Origin: Eledone cirrhosa
Taxonomy: Eukaryota
NCBI GenBank assembly: GCA_964016885.1
Contig: OZ024746.1
Location: 25,792,001-25,856,000, forward strand
Length of the DNA: 64,000 bases
Reading direction: 5' to 3'
The notes under the pieces are model-generated. The model had not been told where the DNA came from, made no database searches, and saw only the letters and a list, made by a program, of their open reading frames with translations. Numbering within the stretch: position 1 is the first letter of the stretch; the number at the start of each line of letters is the position of its first letter. The position numbers and the translations under genes are program-made. Below are positions 51,410 to 64,000 of this stretch, one piece after another.

Positions 51410-51925
51410 ACATGTGATGCGTATGAAGGATGACAGCTGCATAAAAAGGTGCAGAGCACTAGAAGTTGATGGAAACCGCGGAGTGGGGAGACCCAAGATG
51501 ACTTGGGATGAGGTGATAAAAGCTGACCTTACCCAACTACACCTCTCAAAGTCAATGACACATGACCGTGACTTCTGGCGTCACGCAGTAATACAGGGTA
51601 CCCGACCTCCCATGGGTACATGCTGAAGCATATAAACAATATGCCCCCACTCCCCCCACCGCAAGGTGGTCGTGGAGGTGCCACGGCAAAAAAGCACCCA
51701 GCCCACACTGTAAAGTGGACGTGTAGGCGCCACGAAAAAGCACCCAGCACTCACTGTAAATGAGGTTGGTGTTAGGAAGGGCATCCAGCTGTAGAAATCA
51801 AGCCAAATCAGTTCCTGTATGAGCAAGGCATGGTCAGCCGACCAGACACTGCCCACAACAGGACAACCCGTCTAACCCATGCTAGCGTGGAAGAACGGAC
51901 GTAAAACGGTGATGATGATGATGAT
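51410..51925 (+). mobile_element. RTE LINE ORF C-terminus followed by the 48-bp module and RTE-type tail
   Basis: HVMRMKDDSCIKRCRALEVDGNRGVGRPKMTWDEVIKADL..DRDFWRHAV..*, then the ggtgccacggcaaaaaagcacccag module, gaagggcatccagctgtagaa and cccatgctagcgtggaagaacggacgtaaaacg-(GAT)n. Confidence 0.85.
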
Positions 51926-52002
51926 ATATATATAACGGAGAAAATGTGGTAAGGAACCAGGTGGACCATAACGCACCAAAGTACTCAATACTTAGGGTAG
52001 TA

Positions 52003-52101
52003 ATAGGAACGAGTAGGACCCCGACGGCTGAGCTCAAGCCGTTTTGACGGAGAATTAGCTGTCGAAACGGCTTGAGCTCAGCCGTCGGGGTCCTACTCGT
52101 T

Positions 52102-52106
<5 letters not shown>
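52003..52106. repeat. Foldback inverted repeat (46-bp arms) containing the 3' half of a hammerhead motif
   Basis: ataggaacgagtaggaccccgacggctgagctcaagccgttttgac / gtcgaaacggcttgagctcagccgtcggggtcctactcgttcctat; the insert 51934-52106 is flanked by (TA)n. Confidence 0.9.
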
Positions 52107-52140
<34 letters not shown>

Positions 52141-52241
52141 CAACATGAATGGACTTGTTATTTTTTTCAAAAAGTCTTTTTTCCATTTCCACCCTGCCTG
52201 TCTCCTCAATCTTTCTATTTCTTCTTTAATTTCTCATTCTT

Positions 52242-52277
52242 TCTTCTGATGAAGGACTAGCATCTGAAACGTTAAGA
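52242..52277 (+). ncRNA. Very minimal type I hammerhead-like motif
   Basis: TCTT-CTGATGA-AGG actagca TCT-GAAA-CG-TT-AAGA; palindromic ACGT stem III, weak 3-bp stem II, GUU site. Confidence 0.5.
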
Positions 52278-52612
52278 CTCTCTTCCTGCTGTTTCAAGCA
52301 TTAAACTAATATATTCCTTCGATGTACTGTGCCATTTGTTTTGTTATCTTTGTTATTTCTCTTTACTTTTTACATATAACCCTTTTCCGAGACACCCTAC
52401 TTTAAGATTGAGCCTGGGCCCTAATGATTGCAAAGCATATCCCTTAACCATTCAGCCATACTGCATCTACTGCAGGTTACTACCAACTGTAACATGCCAT
52501 ATATTCTTAACTTCTGGAAGAGTTTTAGAAACACCACAATTACATATAATGTGACTTGGGCATTTAAAAGTGAGTCTTTCCCTCTCCATCCTGGAGTGCA
52601 GCTGGTTTTCTG

Positions 52613-52643
<31 letters not shown>

Positions 52644-53269
52644 TAGATAAATAGATAGGTAGGTAGATAGGTAGATAGATAGGTAGAGAGATAGATACAG
52701 AGAGAGAGAGGGAGAAAGGTGCGGGCTGAGAGTAGTGGAGAAAGAAACTATCCAGTACCATCAAAGTGGTACTTTATTAATCAACCTGAAAAGGACGAAA
52801 GGCAAAGTTGACAGTAAGATTTGAAATCAGAATCAAGAGAGCCGGAACAAATTCCGGAAAAGTATTATTCTATCCGATGTTGTAACAAGCCTGTCACTTC
52901 AACGCTTTACTTAACAACACTACCGATACACGCAAAGTGTGATTTGCTGTCAGAAATTAGTAATTGAAATATCTAGTGTTGTTAAGGAACTGGTTTGTTG
53001 AACATCTTCAGGATATGTGAGATAGGTAAATGTGAAGAAAAAAAAAAACATTGCTAAGAGGAATTGAAAGGTATAAAAGATGGTGAATTAAGTGAGCCAT
53101 ATAAAACTGGCAAGATTTCAAGATTGTAAGCCAGAAAGATGGAGTTTTCAATTTCCTGTATTTTCTTCTGACCACCAGTAAGAAGAGAAGAGGAATCTCG
53201 CTGCCATCAGCCACTGTTATTGGCAAAAAGAATCATTTGATTGTTTTTGAAGTGTTAGATCTCTTTGTG

Positions 53270-54058
53270 TTGGTGGTGTTGGTGGTGATAGTGGTGATGG
53301 TGGTGGTGGTGGTTGCATTGGTGTTAGTGGTGGTGGTGATGGTTGTGGTGGTGGTAGTTGTGGTGGTGGTGGTGTGGTGGCAGAAGTTGTGGTGGTAGCG
53401 GTAGTGGTGCTTATGGTGGTGGTGGTGTGGTGGCAGCAGTTGTGGTGGTAGTGGTAGTAATGGTGTGGTTGTGGTTATAGAGGTAGTGGTGGTAGTGGTG
53501 ATGGTGGTGGTGGTGGTTGCATTGGTGTTAGTGGTGGTGGTGATAGTGGTGATGGTGGTGGTTGTGGTTGTGGTGGTGTTAGTGGTGGTGGTGATGGTTG
53601 TTGTGGTGGTAGTTGTGGTGGTGGTGGTGTGGTGGCAGCAGTTGTGGTGGTAGCGGTAGTGGTGCTTATGGTGGTGGTGTTGTGGTGGCAGAAGTTGTGG
53701 TGGTAGCGGTAGTGGTGCTTATGGTGGTGGTGGTGTGGTGGCAGACGTTGTGGTGGTAGCGGTAGTGGTGCTTATGGTGGTGGTGGTGGTGTGGTGGCAG
53801 AAGTTGTGGTGGTAGCGGTAGTGGTGCTTATGGTGGTGTGGTGGTGTGGTGGCAGCAGTTGTGGTGGTAGTGGTAGTAATGGTGTGGTTGTGGTTATAGA
53901 GGTAGTGGTGGTAGTGGTAGTGGTGGTGTGGTTGTGGTGATAGAGGCAGTGGTGGTTGTAGCGGTGGCAGTAGTGGTGGTGATGGTGATGGCAGCAGTTA
54001 TGGTTGTAGCGGTAGAGGTAGTGGTGGTGGTGGTGACAGTGGTGGTAGTGGTGGTAGG
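53270..54058. repeat. (GGT)n-rich region with a ~50-bp tandem unit
   Basis: ggtgtggtggcagaagttgtggtggtagcggtagtggtgcttat repeated about 6 times. Confidence 0.9.
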
Positions 54059-54072
54059 GCAACAGACCTTAC

Positions 54073-54149
54073 CTTTGGGATGTGTTAAAAACTAATTAGA
54101 CCAGGTGAAGTTGAACTGATTTTCTATCGATCACCTTAGAAGCAGGAAC
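54073..54149 (-). other. Candidate 77-nt spliced exon (probably non-coding/UTR)
   Basis: Minus strand: (CT)n-ctag|GTTCCTG...CCCAAAG|gtaagg. Strong acceptor and donor bracket unique sequence; all three frames contain stops. Confidence 0.4.
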
Positions 54150-54150
54150 C

Positions 54151-54236
<86 letters not shown>

Positions 54237-54612
54237 CGTCATTCTATTGCTGACTTCTCAATGTAATTGTTATTACTGTAGGAAGAATCATGACAGTGTA
54301 ATTCTTTACAACTCCTACTTGCCATTCTGATTTACAATTAAACCCAATACAATCACAAGATTTATGTAGCAAGGAGAATCTCTTTATAAAATATTCTTTT
54401 GCTCTTTTATTCTTTTACCGGTTTCACTCACAATACTGCGGTAATGCTGTGGCACTGCCTTAAAGGGGATTTAGTCTATCATATTGACCCCACCGCTTAT
54501 GTTTTCAAACCTGTCACTTATTTTATTGAACACTTTTTGTCAAACTACAAAAATTACATGACATAGACACAAATGCAAACATAAACACAAACATGGACAC
54601 ACACACATATAA

Positions 54613-54644
<32 letters not shown>

Positions 54645-54645
<1 letters not shown>

Positions 54646-54955
54646 TTGAGCTTGCAATCAAAAGGTTGTGAGTTCAATTCTCAGACCGGGTAATGTGTTG
54701 TGTCCTTGAGCAAGACACTTTATTTCACATTGATCCAGTTTACTCAGCTGTAGAAATGAGATGATAGGGACTGGGGTCCCTATCATTCCACTGCAAAGTG
54801 GTCGTGGAGGTGCCACGGCAAAAAAGCACCCAGCACTCACTGTAAATGAGGTTGGTGTTAGGAAGGGCATCCAGCTGTAGAAATCAAGCCAGAATCAGTT
54901 CCCGTCCCACCCTTGCAAGCAGGGAAAAGTGGACGTAAATGATGATGATGATGAT
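54645..54955 (+). mobile_element. Family-C head SINE with RTE-type tail
   Basis: gagttcaattc..tgtgtccttgagcaagacactttatttcac..; 54790-54900 is nearly identical to 51660-51815. Confidence 0.8.
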
Positions 54956-55544
54956 ATATATATATTCCACCATTGCTAGCAGGGAAATTGGACATTAAAA
55001 CAACAATGATGATATATATATATGTATATATATATATATATCAAGATTCTATCCATTATGTATATATACATCAAGATTCTACACATTATATATATATATG
55101 TACAAAGTAGTGTATAAAAAACTTGGCCATAGTGGGGCTGAACGCCAAATTATGCAAAGCTAATTCCCTCAGTGCCACACCAACCATGCTCCTATCTCCT
55201 TCCCACCCACTCTAATCATCTCCATTCTTAGTCCAGCTAAGGACACAATAATTGCATTAGTGTTAATGCCACAGTGGAATGCATCAAGTGCAATCTGTAA
55301 AGTGGTAGTGCTGGTGCCATGATAAATGACACCCATCCCACTCTATATATTAGCAGTCTTCATGTTACAATCAAATGTACCTAGCACGCTCTGTAAAGTG
55401 GTAGTGCTGGGGCCACACTAACATGCATCCAGTACACACTGTAAATTGGTTAACATTAGGAAGACATTGCACCTAGAATGTTCCCCTCTGAGGTTGTCTA
55501 AGGAAAAGGAAACTTCTGATACAGCTTGGCACAAGTGATGTCAC

Positions 55545-55740
55545 AACTCATTTCTAAAGTTGAGTAAAGTGGTGTAACATGAAATAAAGTGTCTTGCTCA
55601 AGGACACAACACACTGCTCAGCCCAGGAATCAAACTCACAACCTGATGATTTGAAACCCAATGCTCTAACTACTAAGCCATGTGCCTTCAATACTATATA
55701 TATCATCCTCATCATTTTACGTCCGCTTTTCCCTGCTAAT
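55545..55740 (-). mobile_element. Family-C SINE head plus a short RTE-type tail
   Basis: tgaaataaagtgtcttgctcaaggacacaac..aactactaagccatgtgccttc; ttttacgtccgcttttccctgct. Confidence 0.75.
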
Positions 55741-55810
55741 GTATATATATATATATATACATATATATACACATTAGGTATTATATATGCTATACACATA
55801 TTATATATAT

Positions 55811-55890
<80 letters not shown>

Positions 55891-55928
55891 ATACTTTGGT
55901 TGCATAGCACACAACTTAATAAAAATCA

Positions 55929-56113
55929 AAATTAACAACGAACATGAATGCTAATAACATGCAAATTAGTATATCCATTTAAGTGATACTACTATATATA
56001 GATACAAATACATAACTAAGAGGCTTATTGTATGCCCTATCACATATAGTAGTAACACTGAAATGGATGTACTAATTTGCATATTATTAGCATTTCTGTC
56101 GGTAGTTAATTTT
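55929..56113. repeat. Imperfect inverted repeat (~70-bp arms) between two (TA)n tracts
   Basis: aatgctaataacatgcaaattagtatatccatttaagtgatactactatat vs atatagtagtaacactgaaatggatgtactaatttgcatattattagcatt. Confidence 0.85.
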
Positions 56114-56114
56114 T

Positions 56115-56770
<656 letters not shown>

Positions 56771-56907
56771 ACAGAGTTAACACATCAGTTAAACGTTAGT
56801 TATAGCAGTTTAGCTGTAACGTACCTTACATACACGCACACACATAAATACATTACATACATATGTGCATATGTATGCATTCATACATACATATTCATTA
56901 ATGTGTT

Positions 56908-56950
<43 letters not shown>

Positions 56951-57317
56951 GCATAGATCAAATGACCAAACATTATTATCAACATTTTCTTCAAATCTTG
57001 TTTTGCTTAATTTAATTTTCCCGTTGTGAAATTATACCATCTGGTTGTCCATTAAGTTAACTTTCATGTTTTATAGTAACAATGATTCTTCTTATATCAA
57101 AGAAAAATATATTTTCAGACTTTATATTATGTTAACATTTCTCCAATACTCTTTAATTTAAAAAAAAAACTGGCATAATATTTTTGATAAGCTTTGCATG
57201 ATAAAACATCATTTACATATCTGAGCTTGTAACCAAGAAATATGTCTTGTATATACTTATATAAAAAGATGCTGGAAAACAGATAAACAGACAGCTAAGG
57301 TACACTATCTTCAATAT

Positions 57318-57727
57318 TTAACCCATTCACGACTGTATTTCTAATGAAATACCCTCCATTTTAATTAATTAATGAAGAATTTTGAGGGTTTTTCTAAAGT
57401 TATTAATTAGTTCATTATAAAGGAAAGGGTATCTTTTGATCATGCGAGACCATGGGTTATGTACCTATGACTGACTGACCATGGGTTTGCATTACTGAGG
57501 CACAAGCCTGGAAGGGTGCTTTATGGAAAATGTTACACTCACAAGCCTAACACCTCTAATCACTAAGCCACTCACCTTTTCTCATTAGTAAGATAGTAAC
57601 TCAACATATTGTTCGTATATAAAATCATGTCAGAAGATTTTAATTTATATAGGAATCCTTTAAACTGGGTGTTTATATTTCTTAGAACCAGAGTTAGTTT
57701 TGGCTGGGCTGGTATCAAAAGGGCTAA
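57318..57727. mobile_element. piggyBac-like MITE (family 2) with an internal insertion
   Basis: TTAA-cccattc...ggtatcaaaaggg-ctaa. Confidence 0.5.
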
Positions 57728-57734
57728 ATTACAG

Positions 57735-58075
57735 TTCTTCCAAAGCAGGGGCCTTTCAGTAGCATCTTCACTTTAGGGAACAACTAAAAATCAAAAGGAG
57801 TCATGTCTGGAGAGAAGAGAGCATGGCAAATAAGTGATTTACCTTTTTCTGCCAAACCTTGTATCAGCTGTGTTGAAGAAAACAGTGAGCATCACCTTGA
57901 TTTTGTTATATACCTCACATACTTGTTTGGGGCCTTCACAATGTTATATGCTTCCACTAATAAATGAACTTTGGATTCCAGGTCTTACCTGTACGTACAC
58001 CCATGCATCATCTCCAGTTATTATAGTATTCAGGAACTGCAGATCCTTGTTGACAGCATCAGTTGAAATGAAAGT
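57735..58075 (-). mobile_element. Mariner transposase remnant (degenerate, internally deleted)
   Basis: Minus translation FLNTIITGDDAWVY (ITGDETW motif), KIKVMLTVFFN and HALFSPDMTPFDF*LFPKVKMLLKG (YSPDLAPxDF motif). Confidence 0.85.
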
Positions 58076-58499
58076 GCAATGAATAAGTGGTACAGCACCC
58101 CACATGCTGGTTGCCTAACTGGGATTGACACATCCAGCAAGTTCATCAATGCACATGAATCTATGCAGCTCGATTCTGCACACGTCTATATCCTTAACAA
58201 CATTACTTCCCACAAAAACATATAAAGTTTGATACTGTTACTATATTACTCACAAGGCATTGGTCAGCTTGTGACTGTAGGAGAATACACAAGCTCAACG
58301 TGCCATACAGTGGGACTGACACCAAATCCATGTTGTTGCAAAGCAAACTCCTTAACCACACAGCCATGCTAGTGACTATAGAAATGGAAAATTCTCTGGG
58401 TTTTGGCAAGATCTCGAAAAGTCTTTACACTGAAATGTAAAAAAAAAAAAAAAAGAAACCATCCACTACTAAAATAATCCTCTTATCTAAGTTTAGTTA

Positions 58500-59805
<1,306 letters not shown>

Positions 59806-59999
59806 ACCTCGCCAAATATATAGGTATTTGGTTCTTGGCAATGAGATGAAATTTGGCAAATATTCTTTCAGTTTGCCAAACATTGAACTTCTACACACAG
59901 AATAAGAAACTGACTTTAAAACAGAGAAATTATAAAAGGAAAATAAAAAGAACTAGAAAAGCAGCTCTCTGTTTATTGTTATCAACTGTAATAGAGAAT

Positions 60000-60066
<67 letters not shown>

Positions 60067-60272
60067 TCATCAACATCATCATCATCAACATCATCTTTAT
60101 TTTATATCCACTTGCCATGTTTGCATGGGTTGGATGGGTCATCACAGTCTGATGTCTGAAACATGACATGGTCGGATAACCATGTCTTGCTCATACATAC
60201 AATATTTTGGCGTGGTTTCTACAGCTTGAGGCAATTCCTAATGCCTGCTCCTTTACAGAGTGTACTAGGTAC

Positions 60273-60310
<38 letters not shown>

Positions 60311-60919
60311 CATATATATATACATGGTAGATAGATGTGTAATTATGGTTATAGGCAGTTCACTGGTTAAAGCACTCTGTGCTGTTTTGCAGCTCTGTCA
60401 TAAGTAGGGTTTATAGATCAGTGTACTCCAGTGCTAAGGTGGTTGTAACATGCAGTGTGTAAATACAAGTAAACAGGAACAAAGTGAAGGCGTGGAGGGA
60501 GGAAGAGGTGTTCCAAAAAATGTATACACACTTCAACAGCATTTTAATGAATATTGCTTGTACAGGTAATCAAAGTATGTATACATTTTTAGTTTTTGTG
60601 TTTGCTTCTAAACCCCAGCACAGTTGCCATACACCCATGACACCATATATATATCATCTTCTCTTTACTTTGACATCATACTTATCACCCTCCTTAGCAA
60701 CATCCATCATATACACCTCCAAAACATTGCTTATTTGAGTTAAGTAATCATTCCCCTCCACATAGGGTAACGAGGGCTCTTCAGTTAATTCAATGACAGC
60801 ATTCCTAGTGTTGGTGCCATGGTAAAACACACACAGTGCATTCTGTAAATTAGAGTTAGGAAGGTCATCTAGCCATAGAAAACTTGCCAAACAAAGGATC
60901 AAAAGGACTCTTTAGTTGT

Positions 60920-61227
60920 GCCTAACACACGTGGGCATGCCCACAAAGTCAGAAAACAGCACAGAGTTGCTGAAGCATGGAACAAACTACCTGCATCAGT
61001 TATTAGCTGTCGAGGGACTGCATCCTTTAAAACCTCCATGCTTCCTGAGATTCGCCAACACTACACCTAATATTCCCCCTCCATACACATGCACACATGT
61101 ATATCATGACTCATACACTATTCACTTTCCTGACATTTTCATATTATTCTATGTACTATACATACACCTTTGACGAGTTGTAGTGCACCTGAGCACTGTA
61201 CACAATAATTTCATTTATTATTATTAT
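60920..61227 (+). mobile_element. CR1-like LINE 3' end
   Basis: TRGHAHKVRKQH..RVAEAWNKLPASVISCRGTASFKTSMLPEIRQHYT* (CR1 TRGH and WNxLP motifs), then UTR and (TTA)n tail. Confidence 0.8.
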
Positions 61228-61429
61228 ACATGACAACCTCTCTTGTGCTGGTGCTGTGATAAAATATAAAATGTACCCAGTGTACTCTGTAGAGAGCAGG
61301 AACATATATAACTGAGAATAAAGCAGACTGGAATCCTCCATTCAGAGATCAGATTCATATACTTGCTATGGACACTCAAGAGTCAGGTAGTAGTGTTAAC
61401 TATGGTAACAGGTAAAGCCTATCATACAG

Positions 61430-62062
61430 GTAGGCCACAGTGAGATTTGAACCCAGAATACAAAGAGCTGAAACAAATACAAAACTGCATCTCATCTGAC
61501 ACTCTAACAAATCCACCAATCGCCCACCCTGGACTGGTATTTTATTTTATCAACCCTAAGAGGATGACAGGCAAAGCTGATCTCGATGGGATTTGAACTC
61601 AGAGCTGAAACAAATTCTGAATGGCATTATTGATAAAGGGGCGGTGGATTGGCAGTATCGGTAGAGGGTCGGACGCCATGCTTTCCAGCATAGTTACGTC
61701 CCTTTACGATCTGAGTTCAAATCCCTCCGAGGTTGACTTTGCCTTTCATCCTTACGGGGTCGATAAAATAAAGTACCAGTAATGCACTGGGTAATTGCTG
61801 GCCTTGTGCCTAAAGTAGAAACAATTATTGATAGTAATGTTAAAGGGTAGTGGATGGGTAGTATTGGTAGAATGTTAAACAAAGTACTTTGTAGTATTTA
61901 GTTCCGGCTCTCTACATTCTGAGTTCAAATTAAGCCATGGTTATCTTTGCCATCCTTATGGGGTTGATAAAGTAAAGTACCAGTTAAGTATTGGGGTTGA
62001 TATAATCAACTTCCCCATCTCTCCACAAATTGCTGGCCTTGTGCCTAAATTAGAAATTCTTA
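61430..62062. mobile_element. Cluster of family-A SINEs: two minus (61430-61620) and two plus (61636-61826, 61845-62062)
   Basis: B boxes gagttcaaat; 61636-61826 is nearly the reverse complement of 8616-8803. Confidence 0.85.
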
Positions 62063-62741
62063 TCGATAGTAATGTTTTAAAAGACAATGTCTCTATTTAT
62101 TAGTATTTTTTTAAAATGTTATTTTCTTAAAAATATTTCTGTCTGGTTTTCTGAAACAAAACCACATATGTTAAAAGGTTTCTATTTAAATTAAAACCTT
62201 CTAATATAATAATGTTTAATCATTTGTTAAGTTATGTTACAAATATTTTAATTAAACAATCAATAACTTTAGTAAATCCCTCTAAATTCTTCATTAATTA
62301 ATTCAAATATGGTAATAAAAGGGTTAAAATGAGAAAAGAATTAATTTGTAATGAAAAACTTAAATTCTTCTACAATTTCTTCAACTATTGAAAGACTTTT
62401 TACAATTGGGAAGATTAACTATGAAGCATGTTGTTTTATTGAAGAAACAGCATGCATGAAAGTTAGATAAAGAATTAATTTACAACAAAATGTTTTGATG
62501 TAGATAAAATGTTACAAGAAAGTTATTGAGTTTATTTTAAAGATTTATCACAGTTGAGAAGTTTTTAAATTTTTTTGAAAGTGAAAGCCGGCATCAAGAA
62601 GACACGATTTTCATGTTTTTTCAACAGAATTGTTACTGTTAAAAGACATGTCTCATGTTTTATTGATTAGGAACCAACAGCGAGACAATTCAATTTGTGA
62701 TTAAATATAGATTATTTATTCCAAAGACTTCTCATTAAAGT

Positions 62742-62811
<70 letters not shown>

Positions 62812-63059
62812 ATTACAACCAAGCTCATGGTATGTTAAATATATCTTTTCATTTTCAAACAAATTTATTTAGAAAAATTTCTTATGAATTAATTTCTATA
62901 GAAAAAATTAAGATATCTGTGATGATAGATATTGAATCCAAAATTCCAAAGAATCAGAATTGTTGCTTTGATTATAGATTACATAGTAGCAATGACACTA
63001 AACTCCACCAGTTGCAGACTGCGCATCAACAGGTGATATTTTTCTTCACAAAGTTCGAT

Positions 63060-63330
63060 TACCAATAGCAGAGTTTAAAGAGCAAAGATTAAGTCCAGTC
63101 CATAAGTTGACATTATCAAGCCATCGTTTTGGCTGTTGGCCTCTGCTTCTCTTACCAGCCAACCTTCCTTCCATAACCTACTCACACCTTTTTATATGAC
63201 CACATAGTTTGAGTACTCTTGACTTGACAATTGATGTAATTGGTCTACGTCTGGTAACGTCTGGTAATGTTGAGCAGATAGATTACATACTCTGTATTAA
63301 AACTATTACAACCATCACTGACAATTGAGC
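63060..63330 (-). mobile_element. RTE LINE C-terminal fragment
   Basis: Minus translation KLCGHIKRCE*VMEGRLAGKRSRGQQPKRWLDNVNLWTGL. Confidence 0.75.
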
Positions 63331-63654
63331 ATGACTTGGTAGTATGTATCATGTTTTCACTAAGGGTTTTAGATGCCTATGCAGACACCCTCTTGGTTCT
63401 ACTTTCCTTTATCTAGTAGAAAATGTAGGATGTGACAGCTGGAAGATGATAGAGCTACACCAGCACAGGACCAAAACTTTCTTTATTAACCTCAAATGGA
63501 TGAGAGGTAAAGTTGACCTTTGTGATATTTGAACTTTGAACAAAGAGACACTGAAAAACTAATACTCTAAATACTCTGCTAAATTGACCATCTAATATTA
63601 TATTTTACATATTATCTGATATATTTAATATGTATATATTAATATATATTATGT

Positions 63655-63752
63655 GAAGGTGTATGGCTTATTGGTTAGAGGTTGTAGGCTTGATTCCTGG
63701 ACCGGGTGATGTGTTATGTCCTTGAGCAAGACACTTTATTTCACATTGCTCT
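63655..63752 (+). mobile_element. Family-C SINE head
   Basis: gaaggtgtatggcttattggttagag..gtccttgagcaagacactttatttcacattgctc. Confidence 0.7.
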
Positions 63753-64000
63753 TTCTGCTAGGACTTGCAACCGGTAGATAATATCTGCAATGGAAAGACC
63801 AATGGAAACATTCCTTGGTCCAATTTAATGAGTTCCACCCCACTCGATAAGCAAATGAGGTCTGAGATCTTGTCGATCATTCCCAATATATATCATTATC
63901 ATCACTTTTCATGCTGGCATGGGTTAGATGGGTTGTTATGGTTTAAGACTAGCTGGGTCAGAGAACATTGTCTTGTTTGTCTGTTCCATACTTGATATGG

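Noticed and set aside
61636-61730. tRNA genes at GTTCAAAT motifs
   Set aside because: All are SINE heads continuing into SINE bodies; no acceptor stem or cloverleaf.

Overview
AT-rich, repeat-dominated animal genomic DNA with no intact host protein-coding gene. The SINE families and the density of (TA)n/(CA)n/trinucleotide microsatellites resemble octopus or other coleoid cephalopod DNA; this is from my recall, not a search. The window holds: (1) many tRNA-head SINEs of about 4 families; (2) decayed non-LTR retrotransposon pieces, namely three Tx1/L1-like copies at microsatellites, several RTE fragments (one an internally deleted element), CR1-like 3' ends and a CRE-like endonuclease remnant; (3) mariner remnants and piggyBac- and Tigger-like MITEs; (4) large tandem arrays: an 8-kb 36-bp array and a 1.1-kb 53-bp array, both amplified out of SINE heads, plus a 5-kb GT-rich array. 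The most notable signal is a set of minimal type I hammerhead ribozyme motifs with palindromic stem III, as known from Penelope-like elements. They lie at five loci on sequence-unrelated short inserts, mostly in or next to (TA)n. One sits in a 560-bp near-perfect palindrome that puts a ribozyme on each strand. A sixth, half motif forms a foldback whose inversion centre is the hammerhead stem II hairpin. All very long ORFs in the track come from simple or tandem repeats. Coordinates, folds and translations were done by eye.
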